This document shows, in pieces, positions 18,929-29,295 of a stretch of 64,000 bases of DNA; the stretch's first letter is position 1, and each line of letters opens with the position of its first letter. The notes beneath the pieces were generated by a model. The model searched no databases, was not told where the DNA came from, and worked only from the letters and a program-made list of their open reading frames with translations. This DNA is from a bacterium (lineage in GTDB: Bacteria > Bdellovibrionota_C > UBA2361 > RFPC01). Location of the stretch: the NCBI GenBank assembly GCA_030431715.1, contig JAUIIO010000004.1, forward strand, positions 977 to 64,976. The letters run 5' to 3'. The position numbers and the translations under genes are program-made.

Positions 18929-19927
18929 TTAGGGAAAGGGATATCCCGAGTATTTGAGATGCTTAAAAATCTGTAATGATTTTATGCCGATAAGCCCGTC
19001 TCCGACGGACTCCTGTAGAGCTTGAATAATCTCATTAAGCTCCTCCGCATGTGAGATTTCAACTCCAATCTCATAGTCCCATGCGCCCATACACTCTATA
19101 AAATGGAGAACTCCGGGGTGCTTTTTACAGAACGTATAGAGCTGTTGCGTTAGCATCGGCGCGATGCCCCTTGAGTAGATTAACAATCGATAGGTAAGAA
19201 GATTGCTACCACTGAGATTTAGGCGATAAATATAACCCCCAATAACCCCACTTTCTTCAAGCCTGCCTACTCTTCTCTCAAGAGTTGAGAAAGGTATAGC
19301 GAGTAGTCTGGAAAGCTCTCTTTTAGAGCTATATTCATTGTTGGCGAGGCCAGACAGAATAGTGTGGTCAACTTCATTGATTTCAACGGAAGATGGCAGT
19401 TTTCCGATCTTTAGTGGCGCAATGTTTTGTGAGCGCTTCCAGAGATATTTGCGGCCAAAGGCGTGAAATGAGATGCGAACAGAAATAGATTTTTGAAAAA
19501 AGAGCTGCCCGAATTCTTCTGAAAGTTCACCGAGAAGAAACGAGACCTCCTCTATCCGGCGCGCACAAAAGGCCACTCCAATCTGAAAGTCGCCACCTAG
19601 CTGTGCCACCCACGATACTCCGGGTGCAGCAATCAGTCTGCTGATGAGCTTGTTTGTTGAGCGCTTTGAAGTGGAGGAGAGTGAGAAGTAGATCGTGTAA
19701 TCGGTGTATCCCAGAGGATAGTTGTTAATAAACGGAGCCTTGCCGACAATTATCCCTCTGCGCTTTAAGGATGCGATAGCGTAATGAATGGAATGAGCAC
19801 GAAGTTTGGTCTGTTTCTGGAGCTCGCTCACAGGCACCTCAGCTTGGTGCTCAATGGCCCCGAGTATCTTTCTTTCCTTATCGCTTAATTGCAACGCCTC
19901 TCCCCTTCCGGTCTGACAGATTGCCAA
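18929..19927 (-). CDS. tandem Lrp/AsnC-family transcriptional regulator (two HTH_AsnC + RAM modules)
   Basis: Two internal repeats. Each has an HTH (LSDKERKILGAIEHQAEVPVSELQKQTKL... and VDHTILSGLANNEYSSKRELSRLLAIPFSTLERRVGRLEESGVIGGY) followed by a RAM-like domain. Confidence 0.7.
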   Translation of the reverse strand: MAICQTGRGEALQLSDKERKILGAIEHQAEVPVSELQKQTKLRAHSIHYAIASLKRRGIIVGKAPFINNYPLGYTDYTIYFSLSSTSKRSTNKLISRLIAAPGVSWVAQLGGDFQIGVAFCARRIEEVSFLLGELSEEFGQLFFQKSISVRISFHAFGRKYLWKRSQNIAPLKIGKLPSSVEINEVDHTILSGLANNEYSSKRELSRLLAIPFSTLERRVGRLEESGVIGGYIYRLNLSGSNLLTYRLLIYSRGIAPMLTQQLYTFCKKHPGVLHFIECMGAWDYEIGVEISHAEELNEIIQALQESVGDGLIGIKSLQIFKHLKYSGYPFP

Positions 19928-20047
19928 TATAATCTAATATTGACCCGTATATGTCATAATTGATGGTCAGCTTAGCACAGAGTAGAGCAAAAAGCTAATT
20001 ATGAACCATAATCTCGCTATCAGAGAACACTTGATAGGAGATGTCTA

Positions 20048-21100
20048 ATGAATACTAAACAAGAGAACTCAGTAGGAAGAGGCCCCATTGCGCTTGAGCA
20101 GGCTCTTAAAGAATCGGCGAAGTTCACAATGCTTGCCGAAGAGAGCTTTCGCTCTGTTGATGAAAAGCAGAAAGAGGTTGAGAGAGAGCATGAGAAACAA
20201 AAGCAGATGCATATGGTGGAGCTTCAAGAGTCTCTCCTTGTACTTGAAGAGAGGCTAAATCTTGAGCAACAAAGATTACGAGAAGCACCCGCGTATACAA
20301 TGCTCTCTGCGATGGACGCCATAACTCATTTTTATGGTAGCTCGCTTTTAAGAAAATCCGATTGGGTCGGAGCCTATACTGGCCTTGAAAGTAAGTTACG
20401 TGAACATGCGCTAGAGAATGAATATCCAGTTCCTGTCCTTATTTTTTCTGAAGTTAAAAAAGGTGGTTGGGAAGACGATCCTGTAAGGATCGAGCATGAG
20501 TTTAGCCTAACCTTTGTTGAACCGTCATCTGATGGAAATTACTTCCACGCAAAATCAAGAGAAAGAGAGCAGAGCGTCCACGCGTTTACAAATGATGTAG
20601 AGATGGTAGTGGATTCAAAACTCTCACTACCCGGCAGGTCCATCAACGTTGCGCGAGATATTACATATGGAGAACTTTCAGGTGTATATTTGACTCACGG
20701 AAAAGAGCTTATCCTTGCAAGCTCTCTTCTCCCAAAAGGGAGAAGTTTTCTCGATGTGTATGAGGACGAATCATACGCAGGTCGGTACGAATTCCAGAGT
20801 ATCGCTAAGAGTCACCTTATCCGTCCTCATGAACTTCTCCCTGAGGATGAGAACGCAGATATCTTCTTTGAATACACCGTAGGGTGGGAAGAGCTCGAGA
20901 AGAAAGTACTTACCTACGAGTACGAAGAGCGAGAGCAGGTCGTAGAGAACCTTCTTTACTGCTTTGAATGTAACGGGCAAGAGCACTTTGGCGGCGTTAA
21001 CACCCCACTTGGCGACCTCTTTGAGCACATAGTTGAGGCAAGAAAGGTACAACAAAAAATTAGCACAGAATGTTCAAGACGAATTCAGGAGTTATCATAA
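20048..21100 (+). CDS. hypothetical acidic protein (350 aa), N-terminal coiled coil
   Basis: ORF with good context. Its TAA overlaps the ATG of the next gene (TAATG at 21098-21102). Confidence 0.5.
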   Translation: MNTKQENSVGRGPIALEQALKESAKFTMLAEESFRSVDEKQKEVEREHEKQKQMHMVELQESLLVLEERLNLEQQRLREAPAYTMLSAMDAITHFYGSSLLRKSDWVGAYTGLESKLREHALENEYPVPVLIFSEVKKGGWEDDPVRIEHEFSLTFVEPSSDGNYFHAKSREREQSVHAFTNDVEMVVDSKLSLPGRSINVARDITYGELSGVYLTHGKELILASSLLPKGRSFLDVYEDESYAGRYEFQSIAKSHLIRPHELLPEDENADIFFEYTVGWEELEKKVLTYEYEEREQVVENLLYCFECNGQEHFGGVNTPLGDLFEHIVEARKVQQKISTECSRRIQELS

Positions 21101-22557
21101 TGAGACCAATAGACAATAATCCGACACGATACGATGTCACCCAAAACCTATCACACTACTCAACGCTTCAAGACTCGCTTGCCGATTTACGTGAGTTCTC
21201 GATCACTCTGAGACTCAAAGAGGGATATGAAGATTTAGGGAGTATCCATACAACAAGGGCAGTAAGTGATGCAGCAAAAAGCTGGATGCAGGAACGAGCC
21301 GCCAGACGTCAACCTTTTCTATCTGGTATTCTACAGGAGGGAGACATTCTCTATGCACACCCAATAGCTAGGCCGCCTTATGGCAGTGCGGGTGAGGAGC
21401 CAGTAGTAGAGTTTAAAGGGCTAGTAAGCCCGCTTTATAACAGTGATCTCACTGACGAGGAAGTAATGGCTCTCCTAAATGAGCTGGCATCACTTCTCGG
21501 GAACGTTGCAGGACAAACCAGAGTTTATGTCACATTTCAGGACTCATGCTGGGTTCTTCAACAAGATGGCAAATCTTCCCCGCGAGGAGATTATTTTACG
21601 GCAGCTCAAAATGCTCTGGTAGATCTGCACGAGCTTGGGCAACGTCTTATCTCTCGTAAAGAATTTCAGATCGATCTTATACCATCAGCAACAAGTCATA
21701 CTCGCGCCGAGCTCCGCTCACTCTTTCGTGATGGTAGACTCTATGTGTGTGATTTCTATCTTGATGATATTGAGACCGAACATGAAATTAAGGGCGGGTA
21801 TTACTCATCTGACTACGATATTGTAAATATTGACCATCATGCTCCTCATGATCGGATGTATCGACACATCTCCAGCGGGAATCTTGCTTGTGAGTATGTG
21901 AGATATGGAACTACTCGTAAAGAAGACAGGGTAATCATTAATCACACAGACTGTGATAGTGTTCTTAGCTCTCTTATTATGAGAGGCCATCTCCCTCCCC
22001 TGCCCCTTTTTGAAGAAGCTGTAATTGCAGCTGACCATACTGGAAAGGTGAATCCTATAGCAGATCTTTTGCAGGCCTTAGATGTAAAAAAAGATCTGGC
22101 CTACTCTGCAAGGAATCTCGGGCTCCTTTTAATGGAGCGCCCACTTGATCAATCAGCGCAAGCCTTACTTAATAAGCGAGAACGTGGCAGGGAAGAAACA
22201 CGCGCGGCACTTCTTGATGGGGATGCTCTTAAAGTAGACGGACAGGTTGCACTTGTGCATTTGACCGATAACATGAGGAATGAGTTTATGCCGACTCTTC
22301 TTCCGGAAGCGGCTGTAATAATGACTTACGAAGAGATTAAGGGATCGGGTCGCTGGGCTTGTAGGCTCAGGCTCGGACAGAATGCCCCGGATGGGTTTAC
22401 TCTAAATTCACTTCATATAAATGAGAATATCGATCCCAACTACGGAGGACGGTGGAATGCGGGAGCAAACAAGAGAGGAGGAGGCACCAATATTCCAATT
22501 GCTGAGTATCATTTAAAAATGTGCGAAGCTTATAACCGACACACTCAGACCTTATAA
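21100..22557 (+). CDS. hypothetical protein with DHH-phosphoesterase-like motifs (486 aa from the corrected start)
   Basis: Start re-set to ATG 21100-21102, with AGGAG 9 nt upstream. Contains VIINHTDCDSVLSSLIM, resembling DHH-family motif I (hhxHxxxDxD..S). A DHH triplet (DYDIVNIDHHAPHD) lies upstream of it. A GGGTNIPIAEYH segment near the C-terminus recalls the DHHA1 GGGH motif. Confidence 0.5.
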   Translation: MRPIDNNPTRYDVTQNLSHYSTLQDSLADLREFSITLRLKEGYEDLGSIHTTRAVSDAAKSWMQERAARRQPFLSGILQEGDILYAHPIARPPYGSAGEEPVVEFKGLVSPLYNSDLTDEEVMALLNELASLLGNVAGQTRVYVTFQDSCWVLQQDGKSSPRGDYFTAAQNALVDLHELGQRLISRKEFQIDLIPSATSHTRAELRSLFRDGRLYVCDFYLDDIETEHEIKGGYYSSDYDIVNIDHHAPHDRMYRHISSGNLACEYVRYGTTRKEDRVIINHTDCDSVLSSLIMRGHLPPLPLFEEAVIAADHTGKVNPIADLLQALDVKKDLAYSARNLGLLLMERPLDQSAQALLNKRERGREETRAALLDGDALKVDGQVALVHLTDNMRNEFMPTLLPEAAVIMTYEEIKGSGRWACRLRLGQNAPDGFTLNSLHINENIDPNYGGRWNAGANKRGGGTNIPIAEYHLKMCEAYNRHTQTL

Positions 22558-22580
22558 AGCTCATCTTGAATTGTATACAT

Positions 22581-23630
22581 CTATCCTCGTAAACGTTCTA
22601 CGTTCTCTAAATGTTTCATCAGTAAACGAGCAGCTATTTGGTGGCCAAGTGGTGAAGGATGTGGGTCTGTTGAGCTAATGGTAAGATTTGACCCTGTGTA
22701 TTTTGTTATTCCCATTTTACTCATTTTCCGTTGGATTTTCGGCCATGCATAAACGATTTCAAAATTTCTCTTCTGAAATTCCGCTAAGCTTTCAAGAGAG
22801 GTCTTTTCATGAATATAGACAAGAACTCTGAAGGAGTGTTTGTGGCTAAGTTGTGACAACTCATCAAGGGCAGATTGAAACTTTAGAAAGCCTTGCGCTT
22901 TAACTTCAGCAGATTGACTGACTGGATGGTAGAGTGACGTATGGGGAGTTGTTATTCCGCTTAGATATTTTATGTGTTCTGCGAGAAAGATACGACAAAA
23001 AGAGAAATAGGGCGTGGGAGTTCTTACGAAATAAGGAAGTTCAAAATCATTAGAGTGCACAAATCCTAAGATAACTATCTCAGGGTTAAGGGAAAGGGCC
23101 TTAGCTTTGAGCGTTGCAACCTCAAGAGGAGTATTGTATCCGGGAACAGCCGTGTTAATGACTTGCCACTTATTCGCTGAGTACTTCTTATCTAGCTTTC
23201 TCTTAAGGAGTGAAAGATAGTCACTCCCCTCCTCTACTCTCCAGCCGAACATTAGTGAGTCGCCAATCCCAACTATTGTTTTTTGAGAATTGCCGTTCGA
23301 TATGTGCGGCGTGCTGAAGCGAAATCCATTTGAGTCTGTTGTCACACGAGCTCCTAGAAAACGCACCTTCATATTGGGGTGAAGCTCGTAAATTCTGTCA
23401 GCATCTGTACTTATGGTTATAAGATTTGAAAAGTTATCAGTCTCAAAGTAGTTCTCAGGCGGTTCTGTCTGAATTTCATAGAGTGAACGTCCCTCACGGA
23501 GATAGATAAGGTACCGAAAGAGAGATTCGGCAACTATGAGTGACAGTAAGAACGAAGTGACGGCAAGAACGATATTCTTTAGTACAAAATGAGTTGATCG
23601 CGAACTTGCTTGTATGCTGCTTTCGGACAT
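22581..23630 (-). CDS. membrane-anchored SGNH/GDSL hydrolase
   Basis: N-terminal TM helix, then TIVGIGDSLMFGW (GDSL block I). Confidence 0.7.
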   Translation of the reverse strand: MSESSIQASSRSTHFVLKNIVLAVTSFLLSLIVAESLFRYLIYLREGRSLYEIQTEPPENYFETDNFSNLITISTDADRIYELHPNMKVRFLGARVTTDSNGFRFSTPHISNGNSQKTIVGIGDSLMFGWRVEEGSDYLSLLKRKLDKKYSANKWQVINTAVPGYNTPLEVATLKAKALSLNPEIVILGFVHSNDFELPYFVRTPTPYFSFCRIFLAEHIKYLSGITTPHTSLYHPVSQSAEVKAQGFLKFQSALDELSQLSHKHSFRVLVYIHEKTSLESLAEFQKRNFEIVYAWPKIQRKMSKMGITKYTGSNLTISSTDPHPSPLGHQIAARLLMKHLENVERLRG

Positions 23631-23645
23631 AAAAGAATGTCTGAA

Positions 23646-24356
23646 TTAGGATTGAACTCTATGAGGTGGCCCAGAGGATCGGGTGAACCACGAACGTATC
23701 TCTTTAGCTTTATGCTTTATGTGTTCAAGCGCTAAACGCGGTTTTGTGACACTAGATCGTGAGTACACATACGGTTGATCATTCCACGCAATATCTGTAC
23801 TTCCCTCATGCTGCTTTTGAAACACGACACTTCTCGCTGGAAACTCTTTAAGAAACGACCAGTGAGGATCTTCTTGTAAAAAATCACGTAATACTTTGCC
23901 AGTCCAGAGGTGGATATCATCTATGACAAGCATTCCGCCTAGTTTTAGGTGTGGTTCAATAAAGTACCAGTCAATAAACGGTGATGGAAAAGAGTGACAT
24001 CCATCTATAAAAACAAAATCATAGCTCTTATGAGACATCGAAGGAAGGAGATACTGAGAACGCTCAATCTTAAAAGATACAGAATCAAGGGAGATACCTA
24101 GCTCAGAACAATACGACTTAAGACGATGAACCTCTTCGATATTTGGTACGATACAGGTATGGGTTGCGCCTTTTAGCGCAAAAATGACCGTGCTCAGGCC
24201 ACATCCTGTTTCAATGGTAGAGGAGCCGGTAGCTACGTGATCATGAATGTATCTGGCACACTCAAGAGAGATCTTCCAGCAATGATCACCATCACCGTGG
24301 ACAAGTGGCGGTGATTTGTAAATTGTTTCAAGAGATGGTTGAGGGTTTTCTTTCAT
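23646..24356 (-). CDS. class I SAM-dependent methyltransferase (Methyltransf_24-like)
   Basis: Motif I IETGCGLSTV. Acidic-loop motif DFVFIDGCH, typical of O-methyltransferase-like Rossmann methyltransferases found in glycan loci. Confidence 0.65.
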   Translation of the reverse strand: MKENPQPSLETIYKSPPLVHGDGDHCWKISLECARYIHDHVATGSSTIETGCGLSTVIFALKGATHTCIVPNIEEVHRLKSYCSELGISLDSVSFKIERSQYLLPSMSHKSYDFVFIDGCHSFPSPFIDWYFIEPHLKLGGMLVIDDIHLWTGKVLRDFLQEDPHWSFLKEFPARSVVFQKQHEGSTDIAWNDQPYVYSRSSVTKPRLALEHIKHKAKEIRSWFTRSSGPPHRVQS

Positions 24357-24377
24357 AGAGCTAAAGAATACTACATA

Positions 24378-25784
24378 TTACAGAGCGCTTCGAAGTGAAT
24401 GCATCCTTCTATGTGATACTGCAGCACAGAGAAGAAATCCAGAAATAGCGATGGCAATTAACATAAAAATCGACTTGGGCAAGACAAAGGTGTGAAGAGT
24501 CGAAAAAATAATAAGAGATATCAGGGCAATGGCCCATCCTGGACGTAGAGCTCTTAGAAGGTGAAAGGAGAGTTGTTGTCTTACCTCGTGTAAGAGATAA
24601 AAAATTGAGAGCTGTGAAAGTATATAGGCAACGGCAAACCCCATTATACCAGCGAGATAGAGCAGCGGAAGCCCGATAATCCATACCCCGAGAGAGACTA
24701 AGAGCGTAAAACGTAAAACCTTCCCTGACCTTCCAGTTGCGTTCAGTACACTAAAGAGCGGAGCATAAAATGGAAATAAAAGACTTGCTAGCCAGAGAAT
24801 AGTAAAAAGAGGTAGCGCATCTAACCATTTTTCACCAAATACAAGGAGGGTAATAGAGTCGCTATATATAAGAAGAAACATTGCGATAGGTAGTATGAGT
24901 ATGTGTGTGAGTGAAAGCGCATCCTCAAGCTGTCTACCGAGCTCCACCGGATCGTCTTGTACTTTAGACATGGCAGGAAGAAAGAGGCGTTGCAGCACAA
25001 GAGAGCCCATAGGTAGCGATAATGCGAAAGTTGTCGCCCAACTCATCTGACCAACGGCTGTGGCTCCTGCAAAAAAACCGATAGCAATCGGGGTAAAGCT
25101 ATCTCGCACGATCGTAGCAAGTTGCACGGATTGATAAGGAAGAGCAAAAGAGAGTCGCTCTTGGAGTTGATTTCGTTCAAAGGCAAAGCCAAAACTCCAC
25201 GGTTGCCTAAGGAAAAGGAGTAGAGAGCCAAGAGTCGCGTATAGAACCCACCCATAGGCGATAATGAGATGAGGAGTCTCTGAGTAAGCTGCGAAGATAC
25301 ACGTTGCCGTAAAGCAGCCTGCCTGAATAAGCTCAGTAGTTGCGACGTAGCCGAAATGCATCTTTCTTTCTAATAAGATAGTAGGCACCGTTGCGAATGA
25401 CTGAAGCCACGCTGCAAGCGCCACAAGTATAAAAGCGGTCGCTACGTTCTCTCCTCCTCCGTACCATGAAGCAAGGATCGGTGCGGCAAACCACACCAAT
25501 ATGAGCTGTATGGTATCAAGTGTTGAGCGTACACATTGTACTGTCCGAAGCAATGACGTATCAGGCTCATGTTTCTGGCGGATGATACTTGCTCCGAGTC
25601 CAAGATCTCCAATAGAGAGATGGAGATAGAACTGAAAAGTAAGCACCGCATAAATTCCGAAATCTGACACTTGAAGCGAACGTGCCAGTACAACTCCAGC
25701 AATCATGCCAAAGAGCTGAACAAAAAACTGCCTCGTACAGAGGATTACAGCACCTCTTGAGAGATTTCTTATGGAATAAACCAT
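24378..25784 (-). CDS. MOP-superfamily polysaccharide flippase (Wzx-like)
   Basis: 468 aa with about 12 predicted TM helices. Sits among glycosyltransferases. Confidence 0.65.
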   Translation of the reverse strand: MVYSIRNLSRGAVILCTRQFFVQLFGMIAGVVLARSLQVSDFGIYAVLTFQFYLHLSIGDLGLGASIIRQKHEPDTSLLRTVQCVRSTLDTIQLILVWFAAPILASWYGGGENVATAFILVALAAWLQSFATVPTILLERKMHFGYVATTELIQAGCFTATCIFAAYSETPHLIIAYGWVLYATLGSLLLFLRQPWSFGFAFERNQLQERLSFALPYQSVQLATIVRDSFTPIAIGFFAGATAVGQMSWATTFALSLPMGSLVLQRLFLPAMSKVQDDPVELGRQLEDALSLTHILILPIAMFLLIYSDSITLLVFGEKWLDALPLFTILWLASLLFPFYAPLFSVLNATGRSGKVLRFTLLVSLGVWIIGLPLLYLAGIMGFAVAYILSQLSIFYLLHEVRQQLSFHLLRALRPGWAIALISLIIFSTLHTFVLPKSIFMLIAIAISGFLLCAAVSHRRMHSLRSAL

Positions 25785-25790
25785 CTCGTC

Positions 25791-26876
25791 TTAGGTCCCC
25801 CTTTCTAGAGTTTGGGGCGAAACGAGGTGTTTCCAGAAATTACATGGTGGTTGAAGCTGCCGTAAGCGTACAATTGAGCCTAAATGAAAAAGGTTCCATA
25901 TAAAAGCTACACAGAGAACCGGGGCTTTACGTACTTCTTTAGAGAATGTGATCCGTAAGAGCTGTGCTACTTCTTGTGCCATCCATCTTGGCAGCTTTGA
26001 AAGTGGGAAATACTTTAAGACAGTTCTCATGCGTGCTTTTTCAAAGAGAAGAGCTCGTTTCCATCCAGCAGGCATCCGCTTTTTATCTCCTGAATGTGCA
26101 TCGTGGTCGACTATAGCGAGTGGGGCGACGATAACTTGTTGATTGTATAAGTGGAGTCGGATTCCTATTTCAGTATCGTCATACCATTTCGGAAGAAGCG
26201 CATCGAGGGGGAATACCTTATGAGCGCTCTCTGCTCTTAGAACCATTCCACAGCCCATCGGATAAAAGACGGTTGTACGTGGTTTGAGATTGGTGATGTC
26301 TACTCCATAATCTCTATCTGCCGCGAGGCCACTTGTCGTTAAAACTCCGCCAAACCCATTAACTCGTAGCGGATCATCAGCAAAAAAAACGAGTGAACAT
26401 ACAGCACCGATATCTGTTTCAGAGTAGAGGGCATTAAGTGCTTCTTGTAGCCACTCAGGAGTTGGATACCCATCGTTATCTAAAAATGCTAACACTTCCC
26501 CCCTACTCTTAGTCACTCCTACATTTCTGCCTCCAGCTACGCCGAGATTTGTATCTGCACGAATAACCGTTAGAGGAAATGGGGCGATGAAATTCTGTGC
26601 AATCTGATCGCTTCCATCTGTTGAATGATTGTCAATTACAAGGACTTCAAAATGTTTGTAGCTTTGGGCACTGAGTGCACGCAAGCAACGGGGAAGAACG
26701 TCTTTGCCGTTATAATTAAGGATGATTATCGATACAAGTGGAGTTGCTGTGTGCTTTGGTAGCGGACGGACACTAAGCTGTTCTCGAACAAGTTCAAGAC
26801 GCTCTTTCTGTACCCGATCTGTGTGAGCAAGATCGGGGTTAGAGCTTATACCCTTAGAAGGTTGGGCCTCAAACAT
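25791..26876 (-). CDS. glycosyltransferase family 2
   Basis: VSIIILNYNGKDVLPRCLRALSAQSYKHFEVLVIDNHSTDGS (GT-A N-terminal signature with the DxH/DxD region). Confidence 0.85.
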   Translation of the reverse strand: MFEAQPSKGISSNPDLAHTDRVQKERLELVREQLSVRPLPKHTATPLVSIIILNYNGKDVLPRCLRALSAQSYKHFEVLVIDNHSTDGSDQIAQNFIAPFPLTVIRADTNLGVAGGRNVGVTKSRGEVLAFLDNDGYPTPEWLQEALNALYSETDIGAVCSLVFFADDPLRVNGFGGVLTTSGLAADRDYGVDITNLKPRTTVFYPMGCGMVLRAESAHKVFPLDALLPKWYDDTEIGIRLHLYNQQVIVAPLAIVDHDAHSGDKKRMPAGWKRALLFEKARMRTVLKYFPLSKLPRWMAQEVAQLLRITFSKEVRKAPVLCVAFIWNLFHLGSIVRLRQLQPPCNFWKHLVSPQTLERGT

Positions 26877-26998
26877 TGCTTTCTCTATCCCATGGTGAAA
26901 AGATTACTTATTATAAACCCGTATTCTAGCAGGATTGTATTGAACCTCAATATCGATTACGAGAAATATCGTATGAGCACCTTAGATAGTCTACAAAA

Positions 26999-28114
26999 GT
27001 GAAGATAGCTTTCGATACAAGAATTTACCACTATACGAAGACTGGAATCGCCCGTTATCTCTATGGGCTGGTCAATGCATTTTCAGAGTTACAAGAAGGT
27101 GACGACATTACCTTACTTGCTGCTAGAAACAGCTCTGAGCCGCTTCTTCGAAAAAAACATGTTCGTACACATAGGCTCTTAACTCCGCCCCATTTTCGTT
27201 TCGAACAACAGTCGCTTTTTTTTGATTCCCTCCTTTTAAAAGAGATCGATCTTATCCACTGTATCGACTTCTATGCTCCGTTTCCTTTCCGTTATCCTCG
27301 AGTGCATACAGCACAAGATCTCTATTTTCTTAAAGAGCCACAAAGCCTTGATCCCGCAAGCCGAAGACACTACACGAAATTTCAAAGTGAAGCTAAGAAT
27401 GCGGCTCATACGGTATGCATCTCAGAGAGTACGAGAAGAGATCTCTTAAACCTTACAGATGTTCAACAAGAGCGCACCTCTGTCATTTATCCAGGCTTTA
27501 CTACGCTAGTGGCAGACTACTCCGAAAGCTTTAGACGTAAGACGCTTAAGAAGATCTGCGACGGAGTATCGCCAATACTCATGGTTGGAACGATTGAACC
27601 GCGTAAGAACTATCTAAGGGCGCTTAAAGCCTATGAGATAGTATTTGATACGTACAAAGAGAAGACACCGCCACTCGTTGTTGTTGGGAAGAAGGGATAC
27701 AGGTCTGAACTCTTTTTCCAAGCGTTAGATAAGTCGCCTGCTAATACGCATGTACGCTACGAGGGCTCTCTTACTGATACTGAGCTAAGTGTTCTTTATG
27801 ATAAAGCTTGCGTCCTTTTGTATCCGAGCCTCTATGAAGGATTTGGTTTTCCGATTCTTGAAGCGTTTGGGGCAGAGACTCCCGTAGTTACTTCAAATCT
27901 CTCTTCAATGTTAGAAATTGGGAAAGATGCTGTGCTTACCGTAGATCCTGAAGATGAACACGGAATCGCTCAAGCACTTTTACGTCTTCTTGAGGATTCA
28001 GAACTCTCTGCACAATTGATAAAGAGAGGGAAAGAGGAACTTTCTCTATATACGTGGCAACAGTGTGCTTGTGAGATGAGAGAGGTCTATAAGCAGGTGT
28101 TAGCTAGAGTATGA
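26999..28114 (+). CDS. glycosyltransferase family 4 (GT-B)
   Basis: GTG start. C-terminal EGFGFPILEAFGAETPVVTSN (Glycos_transf_1 EX7E-type motif). Confidence 0.85.
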   Translation: MKIAFDTRIYHYTKTGIARYLYGLVNAFSELQEGDDITLLAARNSSEPLLRKKHVRTHRLLTPPHFRFEQQSLFFDSLLLKEIDLIHCIDFYAPFPFRYPRVHTAQDLYFLKEPQSLDPASRRHYTKFQSEAKNAAHTVCISESTRRDLLNLTDVQQERTSVIYPGFTTLVADYSESFRRKTLKKICDGVSPILMVGTIEPRKNYLRALKAYEIVFDTYKEKTPPLVVVGKKGYRSELFFQALDKSPANTHVRYEGSLTDTELSVLYDKACVLLYPSLYEGFGFPILEAFGAETPVVTSNLSSMLEIGKDAVLTVDPEDEHGIAQALLRLLEDSELSAQLIKRGKEELSLYTWQQCACEMREVYKQVLARV

Positions 28115-29295
28115 ATATCTTACTAGTCGTCTCATCGCTCCCCTATCCGGAAGACTCTGGAATGAAGATACGAAACGGAGCTTTTATCCGTGAGCTCTCA
28201 AAACATCATAGCGTCTTTCTTGTAGCGCTTGATCGCGGTGAAGATATCGACCGTGCTGTTAAAGCCCTTTCACCGCATACAGGTAAAATATTTCTCTATG
28301 ACGGTAAGCGAACGCAGCTCCGTAGAGCCCTTGATATGTTTAGAACGGTTTTTTCATCAATCCCTTATGTGGCTTCTTCCTGCTACTCTAGAGAACTCAG
28401 CTCTACTATCCCTAAGATAGTGAGTGAGCACAGTATTGATATCGTTCAATTACAAGAGATCTATATGGCTTCAAACATCTGTTGCCAAGAACTCTCTGTG
28501 CCCGTTGTCTTAGATATGCCTAATTGCGAGTCTGATCTCTTATTTCGGATCGCTCACACGACCTCTCATCTTGTACGAAAGTGGTTTCACCGTTGGCAAG
28601 GTTTTAAAATGAGGCGCTTTGAGAGAAGTGTGCTTAAAGAGGTAGATAGTATACTATCAGTTTCTACTAACGATATGGCCCTCCTACGAGAACGCTCGTT
28701 CACTACACCACTCTCACTTATTCCAAATGGTGTGAACCTGCTAGAGAGAGAATCTGTTACGTTGCCCTCAAATAGACTCATCTTCACAGGTTCGCTTCAT
28801 TATCCTCCAAACCGAGAAGGTCTTCTCTGGTTCTTTCGAGACATTTGGCCTGAGATACAATCTCTTCATAAAGAAGTCACCCTTGATATTATTGGACGGT
28901 CCCCATCTCTTGATCTGCTAGCATATGCATCTGAAAGAGTAAGATTTGTCACTGATTGCGATGATATAAGCGTGCATTATCGTAATGCTGATATAGCTAT
29001 TGTTCCACTCCTTGCAGGCTCTGGCACACGTTTAAAAATATTAGAGAGTTTTGCCGTCGGTGTGCCTGTTGTCTCAACAACATGTGGTGCTGAAGGTATA
29101 GAGGTCACTCAATCAAAAGACATTCTTCTTGCAGACACTCCACAAGCATTTAGAAGTTCAATACTGATGCTTTTAGAAGATAGAGAGAAAGCTCAGGGCA
29201 TTGCGGATGCAGCTTGGAATCTTGTCCGAGCAAAATATCAGTGGCAAGATATTCTTAAAAGAGCTTTACCTGTTTATGAGGAGCTTACGAGATGA
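28111..29295 (+). CDS. glycosyltransferase family 4 (GT-B)
   Basis: 4-nt overlap with the upstream gene. LAGSGTRLKILESFAVGVPVVSTTCGAEGI. Confidence 0.85.
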   Translation: MNILLVVSSLPYPEDSGMKIRNGAFIRELSKHHSVFLVALDRGEDIDRAVKALSPHTGKIFLYDGKRTQLRRALDMFRTVFSSIPYVASSCYSRELSSTIPKIVSEHSIDIVQLQEIYMASNICCQELSVPVVLDMPNCESDLLFRIAHTTSHLVRKWFHRWQGFKMRRFERSVLKEVDSILSVSTNDMALLRERSFTTPLSLIPNGVNLLERESVTLPSNRLIFTGSLHYPPNREGLLWFFRDIWPEIQSLHKEVTLDIIGRSPSLDLLAYASERVRFVTDCDDISVHYRNADIAIVPLLAGSGTRLKILESFAVGVPVVSTTCGAEGIEVTQSKDILLADTPQAFRSSILMLLEDREKAQGIADAAWNLVRAKYQWQDILKRALPVYEELTR

